Shown here: piece by piece, positions 5,331-10,566 of the stretch
How the letters are laid out: the number at the start of each line of letters is the position of its first letter
How positions within the stretch are numbered: position 1 is the stretch's first letter
Notes under the pieces: model-generated
Told to the model about the DNA's origin: nothing
Seen by the model: the letters and a program-made list of their open reading frames with translations, nothing else
Database searches by the model: none
Translations under genes and position numbers: made by a program
DNA from: Archangium sp.
GTDB lineage: Bacteria > Myxococcota > Myxococcia > Myxococcales > Myxococcaceae
Reading direction: 5' to 3'
Assembly (NCBI GenBank): GCA_031367385.1
Contig: JANLPS010000535.1
Location: 1-10,566, forward strand
DNA: 10,566 nt

Positions 5331-8300
5331 GTGTTCCGTTTTTGTGTGGTCGCTGCTGTGGCCGCTTTTTTCTGTGGCTGCACCTGCCAAACGCTCCCTG
5401 CGGTCGATGGGGGTGTGGGCGGCGGCGGCGATGGCGGCGGCGGTGGCCTCGTCGACGCCGGAGCCGTGGCCGACGCTGGGCTCACCCGCTGCGACTACGA
5501 CGTGACCGCGTTCGTCACCGGCGCCACCGGTACGGCCCACCTCAAGCGCATCGAAAGCACCACCGAATTCGTGGGAGGCCCCACCGCCCAAGCCCGCATC
5601 GGCGACTACCGCTTCGACAATGAGAAAATTCGACTGGTCGTGCAGGGGCTGGGGCGCGCGTTCGGGCCGCAACCCTACGGAGGCACCATTCTCGACGCCG
5701 ATCTGGTGCGGCCCGACGGCGGCCCAGGTGAAGACGAGTTCGGTGAGCTGGGCCTGCTCTACAACTTCGGCCGCACCGTCAAACCCGAGCGCTTCGACAT
5801 CATCGCCGACGGCTCCGACGGCGGAGCGGCCATTCTCGCGGTGACCGGCTTCGACTCCGCCAACGACTATCTGTCGATTCGCAACAAGCTCGCCGAGTCA
5901 CTCGGGCGCCCCACCCTCGCCGACCCGTACGTCTCGGTGCCCCTCAAGGTGACCAACTACTTCGTGCTCAACCCCGGCGAGCAACGGCTGCGCTTCGTCA
6001 GCGCGCTGTGCAACCTCAGCCAAACCCAAACCGTCGAGCTCGCCGTCGGAGACCTCACCGACCCCGGCTACACGCTTGAGTATTTCAACTCGTTCTCTTG
6101 CACCAAGGGCTTCGGCTTCGGAGGCGTGTGCTTCGGGCTCGATCGCATGAGCTGGTTCGGCTACCAGGGCACCCATGTCGCGTACGGGTACGCCCCCTAT
6201 GCGCCGGGGCAACCGACCGTGCCCGAGCCGCAGAACGCCGTACTGACCGTCGCGGGCATCACCGGCACCATTCTCGGCGCCAACGGTATCAGCGGCCTCG
6301 TCGCGTGGATCAACCCCGCCCCCCAGCCCCGCGAAGGCGAGCTGCGGTTGTCACCGTTTCAAATTGGCGTCGTGGCCCGAGATTTCTGGGTCGCCGACAC
6401 CCTCGGCAGCATCTCGAGCTTGGTCGAGACCAGCCGCGCCAAGGCCCTCAGCTCGGCGCTCGGCACCATCGGCGGCACGGTGCGGAGCGGCGGCACACCG
6501 CTCGCCGGAGCGCGCGTCACTCTCGAGGGCGCCAATGACGGGCGGCAGGTGTTCACCACCGATGCGGCGGGGCACTGGTCTGGCACCCTCGCCGCCCAGA
6601 CCTACCTGGTGTCGGCCTGGGCGCCGGGGCGTCTGCCCACGACGAAGAAATCACTGCAGGTGCTCGAATCGGCTCCGGTTTCGGCCGACTTCGACCTGGT
6701 CGACCCGAGGCACCTCACCGTGAACGCCCGCGAGACGAATGGAGGCCCCCTGCCGGCGAAGGTCACGGTGCTCTGCCTCAATGGCCCCTGCGCGGTCACC
6801 AATCGAAGCCTTGTGCTCTATGCCGACGTGCCGAAAGACCCTCGCCCCGACAACGTGGCGCTCATCGGGCACCTCGGAGCCAGCGGCACCGCCACCTTCG
6901 ACCTGCCGCCTGACCAGTACCTGGTGCTCGTCTCGCATGGCCCGGAGTTTTCGATGTACCCCAACACCTACCCAATCGACCCCGGCGTCGCGCTCGATGT
7001 GCGCACCGCCGACGCGACCATCAACGCGGTGCTCGCCCACGTCGTCGATACCACCGGGTGGGTGAGCACCGACTTGCACGTGCACGCGGTGAACAGCCCC
7101 GACAGCATCGTCGACAACGCCAGCCGGGTGCTCTCGTTCGCAGCCGAAGGCGTCGATGTCATCGTCAGCACCGACCACGACTTCGTCACCGACTACGCCC
7201 CGGTCATCGCACAGGCCGGCTTGAGCCAGTCAATCGGCTCGGTCATCGGCGAAGAAGTCAGCCCAATGGAGTTCGGCCACTACAACCTCTTTCCCGTCGT
7301 GCCCGACGCGACTGCGCTCAACGGTGGAGCCATTGACTGGGCAGGGGGCGAGGGCCCGACGTTGGCGCTCCCTGAGCTCTTCGCCACGGCACGCGCGCGC
7401 GGAGCGACCACCATCGCGTTCAACCACCCGCGGGGCACGTTGGGAGGCCTCAACGCCTTGAAGGTCGACACCGACACCTTCGCCACCCAAACCGAACCCG
7501 AGAGCCTTCGAATGGCGCCGCAACCGGGCGCGACTTTGGCCGACACCAAGCTGATGTCGAGCGACTTCAATTCGCTCGAGCTGCTCAGCCCGAGTGACGA
7601 CGGGCTGTCGGGCGAGTCGTCGTCGGCCCACGCCCGGTTCAATGACTGGTTCACGCTCTTGTCGCGCGGGGTGTTGGTGGCTGGCACTGGCGTCTCCGAT
7701 ACCCATGTCCGTGGCCTCGCGACCGGCTGGCGCACGTGGGTCGAGGTGGGGGTCGACGCTCCGAGCCTGGTCACCGGCCCGCTGTTGAGCGCGCGCCTCA
7801 ACGCGATGCGAGCGCTGGCGTCGAACGGCATCTTCATGCAGGTGCGCGCCTATCGCGTCGACGGCAGCGGAGCGATGGTCACCGCGCCCGTCGGCATCGG
7901 TGGCACGCTCGGCCCCGATTCACGCGAGCTCGGTGTGCAGGTCGAGGTGCAGGTGCCGACCTACCTCGACGTCACCCGCGTCGAGCTGTACATGCACCAG
8001 CCCGAAGACGACACCAGCTGCCCCTTGAGCCCATCGTCTCCTCGCCTGGCGACGACGCGGGTCGCGTGCGGAGGCCAGGGCAATTCGAACTGGCCCTCGA
8101 GCGGCATCACGGCGACGCAGAACGTGACCCTCGGCCCGGGCGACTTGCAGACCGCTGCCAGCGAGGCGGGCATCACCTACCGGAGGTACCGAAAGACCGT
8201 GACCTTTCGGCTCCCCGCGCCGACGACTGACAATTGGGTAGTGGCGATGGCCTATGGCTCGAAGAGCCTGGCCCCGAACCTCTACCCGCCGCCGGGGTTG

Positions 8301-8510
8301 AACGGAGGCGTGAGGGCGACCGCGCCGTTCGCCGTGAGCAACCCGATCTTGATCGATGCCGACGGTAACGGGTACGACCAGGCGCCGTTTCGACCCCTGG
8401 TGCCGCCGCATGCGCCGCCGCAGATGCGGGTGTCGGTGCCCCAGGCGCCCGTGTCGACCGACCCGTCAGCGATCTACCAGCGCTGGGGCGAGCAGTTCGG
8501 GCACGACTAA
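5331..8510 (+). CDS. CehA/McbA-family (PHP-fold) metallohydrolase lipoprotein with a carboxypeptidase-regulatory-like domain (1059 aa)
   Basis: GTG 5331 gives the signal/lipobox-like MFRFCVVAAVAAFFCGC, then a DGG/DAG Gly-rich linker and a CarboxypepD_reg-like segment (GTIGGTVRSGGTPLAGARVTL...TTDAAGHW..L..TYLVSA). PHP metal ligands: DLHVH..NSPDS, STDHD, GEEVS..GHYN.FP, NHPR, GVSDTH. Confidence 0.85.
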   Translation: MFRFCVVAAVAAFFCGCTCQTLPAVDGGVGGGGDGGGGGLVDAGAVADAGLTRCDYDVTAFVTGATGTAHLKRIESTTEFVGGPTAQARIGDYRFDNEKIRLVVQGLGRAFGPQPYGGTILDADLVRPDGGPGEDEFGELGLLYNFGRTVKPERFDIIADGSDGGAAILAVTGFDSANDYLSIRNKLAESLGRPTLADPYVSVPLKVTNYFVLNPGEQRLRFVSALCNLSQTQTVELAVGDLTDPGYTLEYFNSFSCTKGFGFGGVCFGLDRMSWFGYQGTHVAYGYAPYAPGQPTVPEPQNAVLTVAGITGTILGANGISGLVAWINPAPQPREGELRLSPFQIGVVARDFWVADTLGSISSLVETSRAKALSSALGTIGGTVRSGGTPLAGARVTLEGANDGRQVFTTDAAGHWSGTLAAQTYLVSAWAPGRLPTTKKSLQVLESAPVSADFDLVDPRHLTVNARETNGGPLPAKVTVLCLNGPCAVTNRSLVLYADVPKDPRPDNVALIGHLGASGTATFDLPPDQYLVLVSHGPEFSMYPNTYPIDPGVALDVRTADATINAVLAHVVDTTGWVSTDLHVHAVNSPDSIVDNASRVLSFAAEGVDVIVSTDHDFVTDYAPVIAQAGLSQSIGSVIGEEVSPMEFGHYNLFPVVPDATALNGGAIDWAGGEGPTLALPELFATARARGATTIAFNHPRGTLGGLNALKVDTDTFATQTEPESLRMAPQPGATLADTKLMSSDFNSLELLSPSDDGLSGESSSAHARFNDWFTLLSRGVLVAGTGVSDTHVRGLATGWRTWVEVGVDAPSLVTGPLLSARLNAMRALASNGIFMQVRAYRVDGSGAMVTAPVGIGGTLGPDSRELGVQVEVQVPTYLDVTRVELYMHQPEDDTSCPLSPSSPRLATTRVACGGQGNSNWPSSGITATQNVTLGPGDLQTAASEAGITYRRYRKTVTFRLPAPTTDNWVVAMAYGSKSLAPNLYPPPGLNGGVRATAPFAVSNPILIDADGNGYDQAPFRPLVPPHAPPQMRVSVPQAPVSTDPSAIYQRWGEQFGHD

Positions 8511-8513
8511 ACG

Positions 8514-10566
8514 TTACGGAACAGTGCCTTTCACCACGGCCATGTCGTCGCCGGGGTGAACCTCGAACTCGAGCGGGGCCGAAGCGTTGCCATCGAACTT
8601 GAAGACCACTTTGTGCTTACCGACCGACAAATCGAGCGGCTGTGAGCGCGCGATCGGCGTCTTTCGCCCGGTCGATTTGCCATCGACCCAGACGTCGGCG
8701 CCCATCGGGTTCGAAGCGAACGCGGCTTTGCCCGTGTTCCCGCCCTTGGGCGCGGGTGACGCGTCGGGTTCTTTCTTCGGCGCGGGCTCCTTCTTGGCGA
8801 CCACGGCCTCCGGCTCTTTCTTGGGCGGTGGCTCCTTCTTCGCGGCCACGACCTCGGGCTCTTTCTTCGGCGGAGGCTCTTTCTTCGGCTCGGGCCTGAC
8901 GGCCACCTTCTCAGGAGCGAGCGTCACCGGCAGCGTGACTTCGGCGAGCTTGTTCTTGTTGTCTTTCGCGAAGTCGATCGTCAGCTGTTGAAACCCTGCC
9001 TTCTTCGCGATCGCGAACCCCGGCTTCTCGAAGCTGATGTCGGTCACCCTCACCGCGGGCGTCTTGCCGATGACCCGGTCGCGGTAGACGATTTCGATGC
9101 CCTCTTGCTCTGAGGTGATGACCGCGGTGAACGTCGTCGGCGACGCGCTCGTCGGGGTCGCCTTGGGCTCGGTCTTCGCGTCTAGGCCCTTCGCGACGGG
9201 CTCGGTGCCTTTCGCAGACTCAGGCGTCTTCGCGGTTTCGGTCTTGGGCACCTCACCGCCTTTGACCGGAGCCTCGGGGGTCTTCGCCGAGGCGGGCGTC
9301 TCGGGCTTGCCGGTGGCGGGGTCGACCTTGGTCTTCGGGTCGGCCATCGCCGTCTTGACGTCGGGCTTGCCCTTGCCCGGGTCAGGCTTCGGTGCCTCGG
9401 CCACGGGTTCGGGCTCTTCAGCCTCGGGGCCGGTCTCTTTCTTGATGAGCTCGACCTTGACGAACTTGTTGGTGTCGCCGACCTTGAGCGAAACCATCAT
9501 CGTCGCGGGCTTGTAGGCCTTGTTGGTCGGTTTGATCTCGATTTTGTGATCGCCCACCGCCAGCGGTATCGGTTTGGTTGGGCTCTTCACCGCGTTGCCA
9601 TCGACGACGACCGTGAAGGCCTCGTTCTGCGGCTTTGCGTTGATCACGATGGTCGGCATGCCGCCGCCGTTCATCTTCAAGACCGCCATGCCAATGACGA
9701 CGATCACCACCACCGCGAGGGCGACGATGGCGACCATCAGACCCTTGCGGGTGCCGTCACCGGTCGGTTTGGCCTTCTTCGCGGGGGCTCGCTTTTTCGC
9801 GGCTGGCAGCGGGCGGCGTTGGCCAGTCGGCTTCGAGACTTCTTCGTCGGCTTCAGATTCTTGGCTCTGGGCGGGCTCGGGCGCTTCGTCTTCAGCTTCG
9901 AATTCGCCGCTGTTGAGGGCCTCGGGCTCTGCGTCTTCGGGCTGGTGCTCCTGATACTGGCCCGACGACACGTGCACCCCGGGCGGCAGCTCATCGACAC
10001 CGCCGTCGTAGACCCGGGTCTCGGTGCGCTTGATGTCGAGCGGCAGCGACCCTATCGACGTCGCCCCATTGGGAGCGCCATTGCCGATGACGATGCGAGG
10101 GCCGCGGCTGTTCGACTTGCTGCGCGGCATGATCGTGTCGCTGGTGCCGTCGTCTTCTTGCAGTGATCGCGAGGGTATCGGCCGCGACTGCGGAGGCGGG
10201 CTGGGCCTCGACGGAGCCGGGCGAAAGCCGGTCATCTCGATCGGCCGCAGGTCACTGCCAGTGTCGTTCTTCGCCTTCTCGTTCAAGAGCGACGCTGAGA
10301 CGCCTGGCGTGCGGCCTGGCAGCAGCGTGTTGTCGAGCTCCGGAGGCAGCGACGCCACGTGCTTGACCTGGGGCGGCAAGGTCGAATCGAGCTTGTCATG
10401 CGTCGTCGCCGTGCCCGCATTCGCAGACTTGGGGGTCGCCGGTCGCAGCTTCGGCTGGGGCTGGTCTTCGTTCTTCACCGGCTTCAAGCCGATCGCCGTC
10501 TTGAGCTCTTCGGCCTTCAGGTCGCTCGAGACCATGATCGTGCGATCGGCCGAGCGGTCCATCTGG
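8514..10566 (-). CDS. Single-pass membrane protein with three PEGA-like domains, 5' end outside the window; probably the C-terminal part of a Ser/Thr protein kinase
   Basis: The frame is open to the right edge. It has a long Pro/acidic disordered linker, a TM helix GLMVAIVALAVVVIVVIGMAVL (about 9678-9743) and three PEGA-like domains (e.g. ASNPMGADVWVDGKSTGRKTP...LSVGKHKVVF). The kinase domain is not visible and is inferred from architecture only. Confidence 0.8.
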   Translation of the reverse strand, partial: QMDRSADRTIMVSSDLKAEELKTAIGLKPVKNEDQPQPKLRPATPKSANAGTATTHDKLDSTLPPQVKHVASLPPELDNTLLPGRTPGVSASLLNEKAKNDTGSDLRPIEMTGFRPAPSRPSPPPQSRPIPSRSLQEDDGTSDTIMPRSKSNSRGPRIVIGNGAPNGATSIGSLPLDIKRTETRVYDGGVDELPPGVHVSSGQYQEHQPEDAEPEALNSGEFEAEDEAPEPAQSQESEADEEVSKPTGQRRPLPAAKKRAPAKKAKPTGDGTRKGLMVAIVALAVVVIVVIGMAVLKMNGGGMPTIVINAKPQNEAFTVVVDGNAVKSPTKPIPLAVGDHKIEIKPTNKAYKPATMMVSLKVGDTNKFVKVELIKKETGPEAEEPEPVAEAPKPDPGKGKPDVKTAMADPKTKVDPATGKPETPASAKTPEAPVKGGEVPKTETAKTPESAKGTEPVAKGLDAKTEPKATPTSASPTTFTAVITSEQEGIEIVYRDRVIGKTPAVRVTDISFEKPGFAIAKKAGFQQLTIDFAKDNKNKLAEVTLPVTLAPEKVAVRPEPKKEPPPKKEPEVVAAKKEPPPKKEPEAVVAKKEPAPKKEPDASPAPKGGNTGKAAFASNPMGADVWVDGKSTGRKTPIARSQPLDLSVGKHKVVFKFDGNASAPLEFEVHPGDDMAVVKGTVP
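8767..8885 (-). repeat. Intragenic 45-bp tandem repeat (about 2.6 copies) encoding KKEPPPKKEPEVVAA-like units
   Basis: Units start at 8767, 8812 and 8857 on the + strand. Protein: KKEPPPKKEPEVVAA-KKEPPPKKEPEAVVA-KKEPAPKKEP. Confidence 0.85.

Noticed and set aside
8767..8885. Regularly spaced repeats as a CRISPR array
   Set aside because: They are in-frame, degenerate coding repeats with no unique spacers, and no cas genes are present.
45..10366. Many alternative-frame and antisense ORFs (e.g. 45-287, 1485-2264, 3407-4252, 7280-7837, 9546-10166)
   Set aside because: They are Arg/Ala/Ser-rich shadow ORFs expected in high-GC DNA, overlap better-supported genes and have no recognisable motifs.

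Overview
GC-rich, gene-dense bacterial chromosomal window. Its protein styles (DGG/DAG-linker lipoprotein, multi-PEGA membrane protein, sigma54 promoters) suggest Myxococcota; this is an inference. The left third (1-3523) is a divergent envelope/general-stress module. On the minus strand is a translationally coupled operon: an uncharacterised multi-TM domain fused to a YqjE-like/Phage_holin_3_6 domain, then a DUF3618-like membrane protein, then a DUF748/AsmA-like protein. On the plus strand are a BON-domain lipoprotein gene split by a +1 frameshift and a general stress protein 26 (PNPOx-like) gene. Each of these three units is preceded by a sigma54-type -24/-12 motif, and two of the motifs imply near-leaderless mRNAs. 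An interleaved double inverted repeat (terminator/pseudoknot-like) follows. The rest holds a predicted outer-membrane beta-barrel with a Gly/Tyr-rich low-complexity N-terminus, a TrmJ-type tRNA methyltransferase, a 1059-aa CehA/McbA-family (PHP-fold) metallohydrolase lipoprotein, and the convergent C-terminal part of a membrane protein with three PEGA domains (probably a Ser/Thr kinase). I found no rRNA, tRNA, CRISPR array or mobile element. All family calls come from motif recognition by eye; no searches were run.
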